The notes under the pieces are model-generated. The model worked only from the letters and a program-made list of their open reading frames with translations. It did not search any database and was not told where the DNA came from. A stretch of 47,298 nt of DNA from Dimargaris cristalligena. Its lineage: Eukaryota. The stretch is taken from assembly GCA_003614675.1 (NCBI GenBank), contig ML002288.1, forward strand, positions 1 through 47,298, read 5' to 3'. The translations under genes were made by a program, and so were the position numbers. Below are positions 1 to 12,207 of the stretch, in pieces; positions within the stretch are counted from its first letter, which is position 1, and each line of letters starts with the position of its first letter.

Positions 1-801
1 GCTACCGTCGCCCTGGCTTCCGCCCCCACCCTCGGACACGAACTCGGGCTCGCGTCGGGTGATATGGGCCCGACGAAAGTAGGCCGTTACGCCGGGTTAG
101 TGGAACTGCGCTGCGAAACGGACTTCGTCGCCCGAAACGAACTGTTCCGGGGTTTGGCCACCCGGATCGCCCAAACCGCCGCCTACCCGTCGTTCGACCG
201 GAGTCAGAACTTTACCACTCCTCCGGCGGGCCGGGGATTAACTACCCTCCCCACCGCGGAAATGGGTCAGCGGGAACTGGCGCCTCCCGAAACTACCGCC
301 CAGACTTCACTAGTCGATGGAAGTAAGGGTCGGGAAACCGTCGAAGACGGCATCGTGCAGGTCGTGGGTAAATTAAAGGAAAACATAGTGGTGGGTCAGG
401 TCTGCTCCGGGGAGGCGGAAGTACGGGCCGATGATCCAACCTGGAGCCGCGTGTTTGCGGTAGCCACCCACGGTGGGGAATCACCCTTCACCGGTAAATA
501 CGGGGCTCTCCTGGCGATGCGGTACCGGTATTTAGATCAGCGTAACCTCGCCGGAACCGACCCTATCCCTACCGCAGTACAGGATTTGGCCGCTCGTATG
601 GCCCGGGTGGTGGTGGGTTTTGCCCCCCAGTATGTAGATGGTGCCGAAGCTGCCAAGGCCGAGTGCACGGATGATCAAGCCGTTTTGTTGAATCTGTCCC
701 TGCTTGGCCAGGATAAAACGGTGACGGAAGCACTGGAGCTTCTAGAAAAGGAGGAGAGTGTCCAGCTTCAGGTCACTGGGTTCGTCCGCCACTCCATTTA
801 A
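1..801 (+). CDS. TSF1: Mitochondrial translation elongation factor Ts, 5'-truncated by the window edge
   Basis: EF-Ts signature LVELRCETDFVARNELF, plus KLKENI, LAARMARVVVGFAP and a C-terminal VTGFVR. The frame is open from base 1, so the true start lies upstream. Confidence 0.88.
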   Translation, partial: ATVALASAPTLGHELGLASGDMGPTKVGRYAGLVELRCETDFVARNELFRGLATRIAQTAAYPSFDRSQNFTTPPAGRGLTTLPTAEMGQRELAPPETTAQTSLVDGSKGRETVEDGIVQVVGKLKENIVVGQVCSGEAEVRADDPTWSRVFAVATHGGESPFTGKYGALLAMRYRYLDQRNLAGTDPIPTAVQDLAARMARVVVGFAPQYVDGAEAAKAECTDDQAVLLNLSLLGQDKTVTEALELLEKEESVQLQVTGFVRHSI

Positions 802-1070
802 ATAAAAACGGTTCATAGCCAATGGCGATGGATTCGGGCTTATTCCATTATTAGGGGCCAGTTAACTTTGGAAGGTTGCTGAACCGTTTGATCAGCCACT
901 ATGATAATTTATAAATAAAAAGCATTATATGTTCGCTTCCATACCTATCCGTTCTGTCCAAAGGCACTCTTTTGGTTATATGATATAAAATCAATTTCTA
1001 GCCATTCTAAACTCAGTCATGCAAGGTGATATTTATTTTTTTCAAGACGTTGCTAAACGCCCTCAACTAG

Positions 1071-2419
1071 TTAGGAGGGAGGTCCCTGCCAGAAATTAGT
1101 ATCCATCAACTTATTCAGACTCTCCTGATAGTTCTGGGCGCTCAGGTCCACGGGGAACCGATTTTGCGAATACCGACTGGACGAAAACCGGATTCCATCG
1201 GCCTCGGCCGGAAACAGCACAATCTCGACCGACGCCACGGCCGTTTCCGTAGCCGGCGGTTCAGTGTCCAGAATATCATCCCACGTCACCAACACGGTAT
1301 CGGTGTCGGTGCTCAACGGATTAAAATCGATGATAAACACTCGGGTCAGGTCCGATTGGACATACACGTCCACGGCGTAATGCCGGCCCGGAAACGTGGT
1401 CTGGACGACCGTTTGGAAGAAGGTGTGGATCAGGACCCGGATTTTTGGTTCATCGCCGGCGAGGTAGCCGTAGTGGTTGAGGTCGAGTTGACTAATGGCC
1501 CGGATCTGTTGGTCCACGACGAAACAGCGGAATTCCAGGGCGGGGTTGAGGTTGGACCATTTACGAAGCACTAGTTCGCTGATGGCGGGCGTGAGGGGCT
1601 GCTGACTAATGCGAGGATCGGTGTCGTGGGTGACGGCCCGGAAGGGCCGCAGTAGGTCGTTGGTGATGAGGTCGGAGCTCTTAAGTAGAATGAAAATTTC
1701 GTCTGCCGAGGTACATTTTAAGGTATTGGTGGCGGTGATCCAAACGGCGTCCTATTAAAGCGGTGCGTGGTAAAAAAAAGGGGGCGGAATTCAATTAAAC
1801 CCAGTTCAGGGAAAATGCACATGAAGTACAGTCAGTATTCGTTAAATTCGAGGAAAAGTGAGAGCGGGACACATTATCCTACCTATATATATATATATAT
1901 ATATATACATATGTATAAAGTCCAGTGGCTGGCTTATCGAAATTATAGGGAAAACGGACGCACCTTTGGGGAACTCCAATTGAGTTTTGGGAATACGGCT
2001 CCGCCTAATTCTTCAATGGCCTTCGTGATGATCTCGGTCACGGCCTCCAATTCCGGGCCGGATTCCTCAGCGGTCGAGTCGGAGTCCGGGTCTGTGTCCA
2101 ATTCCGTCTGGGAGTCACTCAACTCTTCGAACTGTAGGTGCCGCATGTCGGCCTCGAGGGACGACGCCACATTGCCCTGGTCCGACCGATTTTCTTCGGG
2201 ACCTTTAGAATTAGTCTCTTTCGCTGAGTTGGGCAGCAGAATGCCGTCCTGGTGGAGGTAGTCCAGTAGGTCCTGTGGAATGGGCTGGATGATTTTAGAC
2301 CGGATGGTATGGGCGCGAAACAGGGGGTACCATTGCGAAAAGGAACACTTTAGAATGTCGTCCTTGGTCACTCGAGGCAGCGAGATCGTTTCGGGATCGG
2401 TCTGGACCATATTGTTCAT
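1071..2419 (-). CDS. CDC123: Cell division cycle protein 123 (D123 family, ATP-grasp eIF2 assembly factor), 2 exons, ~378 aa
   Basis: Exons 2419-1964 and 1751-1071; intron 1963-1752 (GTGCGT...TAG). Splicing restores PKLNWSSPK|DAVWI. Other motifs: CSFSQWYPLF, LLKSSD, LRKW, EFRCFV, IIDFNP. Start could also be the ATG at 2410. Confidence 0.93.
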
Positions 2420-3049
2420 AGAGAGTTGGTTAAGTGAAAGCCTGTAGTATAGAGAAGGGGAAATCGGGCAATGCATGGAAAGAGGGTAAATGGAACCGAG
2501 AAAACTAACGAAGAGTTAATAAATGTGGCTGGGCTATAGGCAGGGGAGAGAGTCCAGCTGACTCATGGGCTTTTGAGTTAAGGCAGCAAACTAGTGCACC
2601 CGGCGCAGTAACAAAAATAGTAATACCGATAATTATTTTTTACTGCGCTACTTCCATAAGTGTCTGGTTAACCCATTATTAGATATCGTATTTTTAAAAA
2701 AAGGCTTTATTTTGCTTAAAAATACCGAATAAGGATTCAAAATGGACTGTAGCGAAATATATTATTATCAGTCTGTTCATAGGAATGAGTGTAGAATGGG
2801 GATTCGTAAAAAACCAATGCCGGAGTAAGGTAAAGGAACACTGCGATGTAATCATGAATAATAAATCAGGGGGGAATAGCACGTAGCAGCCGAAGGGGTT
2901 GCTCCACCACCGGTAGCCTTGTGGTGCGCACGAGGCGGTGTCCTCCTCCTCTTATAGAAAAAAATTAGACCGAAACCACCATCACATTACAACCCATGGC
3001 TTAATTGCAACTTGGTCCATTATCTAGTCAACCCATCCTCAGTTTCCCT

Positions 3050-4328
3050 TCATTTTCCCGGGACAGAATTGAAGCCGGTCATGAACCGCGTTGTATTAAA
3101 GAATGGCTGGGCCGGTTGGTACCCGGAGGTGGCTTTACCCACCGGCCGGGAAATAGTCGGTTTGCCCACCTGCTGTTGTTTTTGCGGCAGTTTCTGCTGG
3201 TTGTTGTTGGCGGGTTTATCGTCGCTGCCACTATCACTGTCATTATCGTTGTCTGACGGTTCGGTTGATCCGTCATGGGCGATACCCTCAGGAGAGGCAG
3301 ATACATCGCTGGAATTGTCATCATTTTGATCCTGGCGGGCTTTAGAGGTCGGAGCAACTTGGGCATTTGCACCAGCGGCTTGGCGCTTCTAAAAAGATTA
3401 TTTTTTAAAAAAAATAATAATAGCAAAACAGGCCATAACAATGGTTGAAAAGTGAGTGAGTGCTATTCAATATTAGGTATCCATGTAAAAAACATTAGAA
3501 GACTGCTGGGGAGGGGAGTCCTATTTATGGTTGGATCACAGTCTCTCCATTAGAGGATAGGTAGGCAAAGCAGTTGCTAGATTCCGCCAGTGGTGCCGGG
3601 GTAGCAGTATAGTAGTGATATATATATATATAATATAAACTTACTCGCGAGAGTCTCAGTGCCTTATTCAATGCGGCCAACTGAAGGCCCCGTTTGAGGG
3701 ATGTATTATTTCCCCGGGAAGGGTACTCTAATTCCACTTTTTTCCCCTTCAGGAGCCGATGATGGCAGTCCAGGCCATGCTTCAGATCCTCGTTGGTAAA
3801 GAATTCCACAAAGGCGCAGCGGACGTGAGTGGGCGACTCGGCACTGTAGATCAGCCGTACGTCTTTCAGGGCCTCGATGGTACAACCACCACCAGTACTA
3901 GCATCATCATTGGTGAAGAATGTGTGGATATCAGACTGCGTGGTTTCCGGGTCCAAGTTACTCATAAATAAAATCTGGGTACCGGACGAGGAGCCCGCTG
4001 TTGACTGACGGAGCAGACGTTTCGCCGTGCGCAGGCCTTCCCGGGCCGCTTTGCGTTGGCGGGCGCGTTTTTCGTGGCGGGTCACATTTTTATGGCCCGA
4101 GATTTTGGGGCCCTGCTGGGACTCTTCGGCCTCCTGGTGGGCATTCCTCGAATGGGCTTGCATGGAGGCGTCGCGAGTGGCCTGAATCGTTTGGTTAATC
4201 AACGAAAAGTTAGATAGGACGACTGGCGTTTGGGGCTTGGTTTCGACGATCCGGGAGGCGGCCCGCTGACGTCTTTGGCGGGCTTTTTTGCCTGGCCGGG
4301 GGCCATCGCTACGTTTGTTAGCAGCCAT
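3050..4328 (-). CDS. Nucleolar-type single-RRM protein (Nop6-like), 2 exons, ~340 aa
   Basis: Exons 4328-3645 and 3388-3050; intron 3644-3389 (GTAAGT...TTTTTAG), frame preserved. RRM: ILFMSNL (RNP2), RCAFVEF (RNP1), HHRLLKGKKVELE. Basic N-terminus and acidic/Gln-rich tail ending RFMTGFNSVPGK*. Confidence 0.72.
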
Positions 4329-5105
4329 GGTGAATGTGTGCAATTGTGTGTGTGTGTTAACGATTAATGGGAAAGCCAAGAAACGTAGTCTAAAGAACTG
4401 GGATAGTTGAGTTCGACGGGGCGGATATATGCAGACTGGCGCGGGGCACTTGTTAGGTATGTCGCTGAGGTCGCGGGTGGCCTTCGGCTTTGGACCGGCT
4501 GATTCGCGGGAATCGTTCAGAATCAATGAGAAGGGGGGGAGAGGCTATATGATTGAAATAAAATGAAGCGGCAGAGACAATATTAGAGATAACGTAGAAG
4601 TTTCCTCTCACCGGTATTACTTCAAGCATGGCCTTAATTCCAGGCGGGGAAAACTACCACCACTATACTAGCTAGCTGCCCGCGTTTTTTTACGCAGCCT
4701 TTTTATTTAGCCAATAATTTTCTATTTGAGTGGAGTATTTTTATGTATGCACTCACTGCACCGGCAGAGTAGAGTGAGAGTGGTGGAGTGGGTTTTTACA
4801 GTGAACAACAGCCGCTTAGGATTTTGATTATTTAGGCCCTAAAATAAAATAAAATCCCCATCGCGGGAATAAAAAATGGACCACCACCTGCTTATTTGGG
4901 CTGAGCCTGGGGAATCGAGAAAGATAGCGCTAAAGTTTCCTAATGCTTCTTTCCTTAACTCTTAATTCTGTAGCTGGAATTCCAGGGACTGGACTTCACC
5001 TTCCATTGATCCTTGTAAAGGCCTTCTTGCGCGAAACTTAGAGTTGTATTGCCATTACTACTTTCAACTTTTTTCCAACCTTCCACCCCACTACATACAT
5101 ACATC

Positions 5106-5744
5106 ATGAACAACGCTGCGGCCCAGGATGCTCAGATTGCCCAAGCCCGTTTTGTGGGAACCGGTGATGCCGAAACGACAAAGTAGTAAGTAGAGAACCC
5201 TGCTAGGAAGCTCTTTTTGCATATGGACGGGAGAGCCAGAAAACCAGTTTAAAAAGCAACGGTCCGTTCTGAGCCGCTGTTTTTCTTGGGTCTAACCATA
5301 CTGGTTTAATGAACCCCCTTGACTTACCCTCGTATATGACCCACCCCTACCACGTATTATTATAAAACCTGTTTAAACTACTTAGCCAATGGCTCTCCAA
5401 CCAACACCGGGACACATACGCCTCGCTTATCGGCCACCCGAACCTTCTGAGCTATATGGCCGTTGCGGAGAATGAAAGCCTAGCCCGGTGTCGACTCAAC
5501 CTGCTGGAGGTAAGGGAGGCCCTAATTACACGGGCGTATGGGTGAGATAGCCACCCCGGATGAATTTAAGGAACACAAAATCCCCAGACCGTGCGTGTGC
5601 CATATCGGCCATGTACGGGACTTCTTATGACCCTGTTCTAATGCTCCCTATAATGTATCTGCTTCCCCCTGATGCCATGGTTCATGACCGCTTTAGAAAA
5701 TGGTCCAACCCTGCGGGCCACCTCCCCCGGCCGAAGATGCTTAA
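5106..5744 (+). CDS. SF3B5: Splicing factor 3B subunit 5 (SF3b10/Ysf3), 3 exons, 83 aa; not in the ORF track
   Basis: Exons 5106-5185, 5386-5509 and 5697-5744 splice to MNNAAAQDAQIAQARFVGTGDAETTKYQWLSNQHRDTYASLIGHPNLLSYMAVAENESLARCRLNLLEKMVQPCGPPPPAEDA. This matches the SF3B5 motifs GTG, NQHRD, AENES and M-QPCGPPP. All introns are GT-AG. Confidence 0.95.
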
Positions 5745-5976
5745 CCTGATGTAATTATGGTTTGGCTAGAGGTGCCGTCTATATATTTTAAGTACACCTT
5801 ACTCAGCAGCTACTTAGAGACGACCCAATTCTGATTTGATTTGTACTGCAAATCCTTCCGACTTCACTATAAGAAACCATGGTTCCAATTTATAATTTGT
5901 TTGGGCACATGGTCCGTGTAATAATAACCTAGCTTACTTTAAAAGACTGGAAGGAATTGGATTTGAAGGCAAACTA

Positions 5977-5978
<2 letters not shown>

Positions 5979-6006
<28 letters not shown>
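5979..6006. repeat. (TA)n microsatellite
   Basis: Direct reading. Similar tracts occur near 1884, 7088, 13500, 15927, 26700 and 45125. Confidence 0.9.
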
Positions 6007-6009
<3 letters not shown>

Positions 6010-7867
6010 TATCTTCAAGCGAAGGGGGGGGCTATAAAGATGGCCGGATAATGACAGAAATGGCCTAGTGGGGAGGGGGTTATTATGACGGCGCATCGCC
6101 ATTGATTGCCGTTCTTTTGAACTCCACTCGTAGACGGGCTATCCGCGGGGTTCAATGCTTGATCCCGACAATCACCTATGGATGTATGGAGGGGAGGGGG
6201 GTGTTGTTACTTATTATTGGCTGGGAAGTGCTAATCTAGAAGGGGATGCGGTATACTATAGAGCTACCGTCACTCAGATGAAGTAGAGTTTTATTTAAAG
6301 TGAATCTAAGGCAGGCGACCTTTTGGTCATAATTGCTATCCACAGGGAACATGATAATGGGTACTTTGCTACCGTCACTCAAGCATGCGATATTTTAACC
6401 AGCAGTAAACTCCAGCTGCATTAGTAATAATAATAATAATAATAGTATGCATCGCTCTGTTAAAGTCGGGCAGGGCAATGCACAGCCATCCTACCGTTAT
6501 GAAGAAAGTGGTGGTGGACCAGTCCCCCCGCTCCATTGGTAAAGCAAGGTTCGGCTTTTCAATGATAATGGGCTTGGCCAATTGCAATACTCCAAGTCGG
6601 GGACCCAGTCATCATCCCCATTGCTAGACCCCTCGCCTAGTGTCCTTCAGACCCCCAGTTACTACTGCTACACTTCGGCTATTCGTACTGCTGCACCTTT
6701 CCTACTGACACCAACGATGTCGACTAGTAGGTAAGTAAACAAATAGGTGGATGGGAGGACAGTCATCTAGCAGCAATATCCTTGACCATATTTGTACACC
6801 GTTACGCAGCCATCCCCACTGGGTGATGATGAGAGGTACCTTACTCCCCCCCTCCCTATCTCATCCATCCGTATTGGAGGAGAGGAGTAAGGGGGGTGGC
6901 AACCACACTTCCTAATCAGACGCCAAATGCCACCCCCTCGTTGACGCCAGGGACCGGCCGTGTGGGTGGGGGAGAAAAGGTACCGGAGTACAATCCCAAA
7001 AATATCAATGACTCGCAGGGGCCGCGGGAAGAGCGGCGGCGGCAGCGGAAGGCGTGGCTGGCGAACTGATTTGTTTCTTGGAGGTGTTTATATATATATA
7101 TATATATTATTTATTTATATATAATGGAAGCAGGTAGTGGAAATGTGGAGCAAGGTGGAGTGAAGGACCCTTGCGTAAATGTTGACGGGTGCGGTGTGCA
7201 CCGCATCTGCTTGATGGGTGTGGGGTTTTCCTTAGTTCGGGAGGCTCACAGTCGGTGAATATGAGGGGTTTTATAGAAAAAATACCAATATTCCGTAGTG
7301 GGTTGTACCGTGGGGTCGTCTGATCCTTGCATAAGGCTCTCCGCTTTGTTCGGCATCAGCCTCGGCCGTCGAATCTGGTGTAGTGCGGTGGGTATGTATA
7401 TATGTATGTATTTATGGGGATGTATGTGTGTTTATGTGTGTGTGTGTGTATTTGAAGGGGGTAAGGGGGGGTTTAGCCCAGCAGTAGGAGGGGTGTTATA
7501 GATAGCAAGGCTAGTTAGTTAAGAGGGTTATTCCGAATTTACGGGGCTCGTTCTTGTTAAGAAGGGGGAATATTCCTTTTGATTGTGGTTCAACTTCCTT
7601 CCTCCACTTGTCTCTCTGGGCTTAATAAAGTATGAAGGAAGGTATGGTATACAAGGAGGGGAGGGGAGGGATTAGTATAAACAGGGGAGGTATATTAGCA
7701 GTAGGTAAGCCCATAATAGAAGGTATATACATATATTATTTTATAACCAAAGGAATGCAATAATAATGATACACGGCTCAACTTAAAACCTCTTTCCCAT
7801 TTTACTACTGCTTCTTTCGGCCTCCCTAGTACATAGTTCGAAACATACCACCAACCACGCTTACGCC

Positions 7868-7940
7868 AACTCTCTCACTCTCTTACTCTCTCTCTCTTTC
7901 TCTTTCTCTCACTCTTCTCTTTCTCTTTCACTCTCTTCCC
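7868..7940 (+). promoter_or_regulatory. CT-rich pyrimidine tract upstream of RAC1 (probable core promoter/TSS region)
   Basis: About 70 nt of (CT)n-like sequence ~460 nt upstream of the ATG; such tracts are common near fungal transcription starts. Confidence 0.4.
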
Positions 7941-8400
7941 TCACCTACTTACTTAGCTTAGCGCATCCCTCTCTTGACTTGCTGTTTCCTTTCATCTACC
8001 TGCTTGTCTCTCGTTTCCTGCGGTGCATTGTCTCTTTAGTTTGCATCTGTCATCTGCTCTTCCTTTGTAAGTTTCTTTCGGCTGTAGTTGAGTTGAACGG
8101 TGGGCCCATCCGACCGATCGTCTCATCTAACTATGCCCTCCCTCACCTTTCTTTTCCGAACCAGGGTCCAAACCACCTTCAAGGGGACACATTCCGTATT
8201 CCCACCCGTCTGCTCCCTAAACACTCCCCCGGCCAGCTATACGGGGCTCTCCCACTACGCGTTTATTCACCTCTCCATCATCTATGCTATTGACCTTCTA
8301 CCTACTACTGCCACATTACCGACCGTCTTGCCCGCATTTAGAACTCTCTACGTCTTGTACCGCCAGCGTTCCAGTTTATATTTCCCGCACTAACTGTACC

Positions 8401-9362
8401 ATGCAGGCCATCAAATGTGTAGTCGTTGGGGACGGGTAAGTCCACCACTCTCTACACACAGACACCCTCAACCCCAATAACTCTAACCGGCCCCTGTACC
8501 TCCTGATGTACTCTCTAGGTCGGGGTACTCTTCACCTCATATTACTAAGCCCCACTAACAACCTATGTATCCTCCCATTGCTGCCCCCCGATTCTATTCC
8601 AACCACTCCCATTCCCTCCGGAACTTTCCAGTGCCGTCGGGAAAACTTGCCTACTCATCAGTTACACAACAAATGCCTTCCCGGGCGAGTATATCCCTAC
8701 CGTGTTCGATAACTACTCCGCAAATGTCATGGTCGACGGCAAACCCATCAACTTGGGCCTCTGGGATACGGCCGGTCAGGAAGATTATGATCGCCTACGA
8801 CCCTTGTCCTACCCCCAAACCGATGTTTTCCTGATTTGCTTCTCTCTAGTCAGCCCGCCGTCGTTTGAGAATGTCCGAACTAAGGTACGCCCAGAGAAGA
8901 TTCTCCTAAAATAACTCCGAACATTATTGTTATGGGGCCTACAATGCGACCCACCCCTTCACTATTGTATATCAGTCGGACCTGCTTCCTGTCGGTACCC
9001 ACTATATATATATTTGATATTAACCCTAACTATACACCCAACATCCCTCCCACCTCTCTATGGCGTCACAGTGGTACCCCGAAATCGACCATCACGCCCC
9101 CAACATCCCCGTCATTCTGGTCGGCACTAAGCTGGATCTCCGCGAAGACCCTGATACGATCAATAAGCTGAAGGGCAAGCGAATGACCCCGATTGCGTAC
9201 ACCCAAGGTCTGCAAATGGCGAAGGACATCAAGGCCGTCCGTTACCTGGAGTGTTCGGCCCTTACCCAGAAAGGCCTCAAGAATGTCTTTGACGAGGCTA
9301 TCCGGGCCGTGCTAATCCCCGCCCCACCCAAGCCCAAGGCCCACAAATGCCTGCTGCTCTAA
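8401..9362 (+). CDS. RAC1: Rho-family small GTPase Rac1, 3 exons, 192 aa
   Basis: Exons 8401-8435, 8632-8884 and 9072-9362 give [76 protein letters not shown]...CLLL. Rac-type LGLWDTAG, CaaX box and canonical length. Confidence 0.97.
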
Positions 9363-12166
9363 TATGTGTGTCCGACCGCTTTTGTTTACCCAGGTTGTAA
9401 TATTTAATCGTTTTCCCGCTTCTTTATTTCTGTTCGTTCCTTATTCCTCTCTGCCCCCTATCTTGCCTAGTAAACTATACCCATTTTGGTACTGATCAAA
9501 GGCCTATCGAGGAGTCTCTATCTACCTTTCTTGATAGCGCCGTCACCCCAGGCCCCGCCAAGTCGACCGATATCTCGTGAGATTGGCTGAGGGAAAGGGT
9601 GCCAGTCACACTGCACCCAGTCAAACCTACTCTAGTCATTTTTCCCATTATTTGTTTACCTGGTCCATTCTACCCCCCCCCTTTACCTATCGTGATTTTC
9701 CTTTTGAGATTCTACTATAACCGCCCCTTTATTCTACCGGTCACTAGTTCATTTCATTCGGCGACAGTTTCCTTTATGACGGACTAAAGATTTTATTAAC
9801 GCTGATGTTTTCCCTTTTCCTTTCTTTTTCTTGTCGTTCTAGTATTGCACTTCTCTTTAGCCATCCAGTATACCACAATGGTCGTCGGGCCTAATGTACG
9901 GTCAGCTTTCCCTGACTATCGCGATCCTTATTCCTCACTATAACCCCCCCATCCCTGTTACTTCGACATGTGGCTCGTTCACAATTCGGCCCTTTCGCCC
10001 ACTTCACTTCACGTCATTTCTCTTTTTTTTTTATATATTTTATTTTATTTTGAATATTGACCTGCAGTATGTGTTCGTACACACGTCATTTAGTTGTCAG
10101 CTTTCAGTGCCTTATTTCATCGTTTAGTAGTTCCTTGGAGTACCCTCGATTTTTATTGCCGCTGGTTTTTTTCAAGGATAGCATTTTAGTCAGTATATAT
10201 ACATACATAAATTTTACCAGTGAGGTTCAATTTTTGGGGTTGATTGGTTGGGGATAGTTCCTGTACGTTGAGGCACCGGGTAGAGATACTAATTTCCAAC
10301 AAATATAATACAGTGACAGGCTCAACTTGCTCTTCACGGTAGGTAAACTATACTGAATTATATTATTGGGGCTATATCGAGCTGCATTCAGAAGAGTTTT
10401 TTAAACTAGTGTCTACAACCTCCCATTTGCTCTAATTTGCCTAGTCCTACTTCGGCGGTGTATCGCGGCATTACCCGTAGATACTAATGCGTGGGAATGG
10501 GTACAGGGAATTGGCAATAGAGAGGTGAATTACCCATAAAGCCGATTGGTACTAATGTACCCAGCAGAGGGATCTTAATGTGTGGGAAACGATGCGGTTC
10601 ATCCTTGTAATTGGAATATCTGGAATCCAAAACGATTGTATTTTTACCATCGGTTCTTGACCCCGCCCCCAGGTTATAATAATAATAATAACATTTACAC
10701 TAATAATAATTCCCATTATTGGCTCAGTCCACGGCCCACGCTCAACAAATGGCGAACTAGTTTATCATATTACTGACCCAGGACATCCCATCTTCGCTAG
10801 TATATTGCATGTCCAACATCAGACCATGAAAATAGGCCATCGGTATGTTCATTACTCTACGATTAAAGGCGTGGATTAGTGGTCGGATAGTAAAACATTT
10901 CCAAGCTTATCGACAGCACTGACTATAGAGTATGCAAAGGCGAAAATGGTGCAGGGGTAATGGCGAGTGTACACCTGGATTTGGTCGCTGCAATAGGTAT
11001 GCAGTGTGGGTGGAAGAATGCGAGATCGGACGGATTCGGTCGACCACCCCTCCTCTTCCCTGCCGTTGCTCTTACACCGCCATGTCCGACTCTGCCCCTC
11101 CCTTCGCAGTGACCCGTGGTCCAGCACTTAATATAAGTCACATTCGAGTGTGTGTGTGTAGGGTGGAGTTCGAGTCGACGTAATTATTAGTGGCTTCCCT
11201 CTATACCCCACCCACACCGGCAATCGGTTACAATCCAGGCAACCGCCGCACCGCCCCGGTGGGCCAGTACTGAGTTTAGGCGAGGGGATAAAAAAGAGGG
11301 AGGGAGAGAGCGAATCTCAGCTGGTTGGCGGACTTTGCCATTGGCCCGCTGTTTGTTCGCATGAAACATAGATTCTATTGTCCATCCTCTCACCCATAAC
11401 GGGCCGAGATTGCCCGCGGGGTTCTCTCTGTCGCTCTCTCTCTCTCTCTTTTTCTCTGTATTCTTTTCCCGTTGCTGTTGCCGTGGCCACTGAGCGCTGC
11501 ATAATCTAATTCGGATTTTCACGGTTGACGCTAACCGATGGACACATTCGCATCTACCGTATGAGTCCAAGGGGGGTCTCTAGGACCTCTGAAAGAGGGG
11601 CTGGCATGGCTGGAATCTCCCCACCACACTCCAGACCTGACGGAGGATCGGACGGGGGCGGCAATGCGCGAATTATATTATGTGCAAGGGTGAAACAGGA
11701 AAAGACAAAGGGGGAGGGAGTGAGGATTGCCCAGTGCGGTATTGGCTAACCATTCGCTACTATGTCATTTGCTATAACCTAATGAATTTAAATGAAAGTA
11801 TAAGAAGAGCCGGTAGGTGCGCCTTCCGTAATTCTGGTTACATTTGCGATCATTTAATATCCCTCGGTTCTATACTTACCTTTACCTTTAATTTGCGCTA
11901 ATTTATAGTCCTTTACTTTTCTATTCCTTTCCGATTCGATTCTTTGGAGTCAAATTGGGAATTCGCTGTAAAATCCCGTCAGCTCTGTGGAAGACCTGAC
12001 CTTTGTAGTTTTTATCTCCCCCTATTTATTTATTTTAAAAAAAGACTAGTGTATAGTGTGTCCTTCACCTGTCAGTCGGTGAACTATTCAACCATCCAGC
12101 GACTCCTGAACCTTAGAGAGGGGCGGAAACCTATCCGTACCCCAATTATTTGTTACTCTCTCACAC

Positions 12167-12190
12167 TATATATATATATATATATATATA
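12167..12190. repeat. (TA)n microsatellite just upstream of the 7TM start codon
   Basis: Direct reading. Confidence 0.9.
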
Positions 12191-12207
12191 CTGGTACTAC
12201 TGTAATA

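Noticed and set aside
6263..6381. 14-nt direct repeat GCTACCGTCACTCA at 6263 and 6368
   Set aside because: Only two copies, no inverted ends between them; not an array or a supportable mobile element.
6717..6915. ATG followed by a GTAAGT donor and a CAG acceptor, suggesting a small spliced gene
   Set aside because: The spliced frame stops early and the peptide is not recognisable.
11160..11182. B-box-like GTTCGAGTC suggesting a tRNA
   Set aside because: No cloverleaf stems or A-box could be formed around it.
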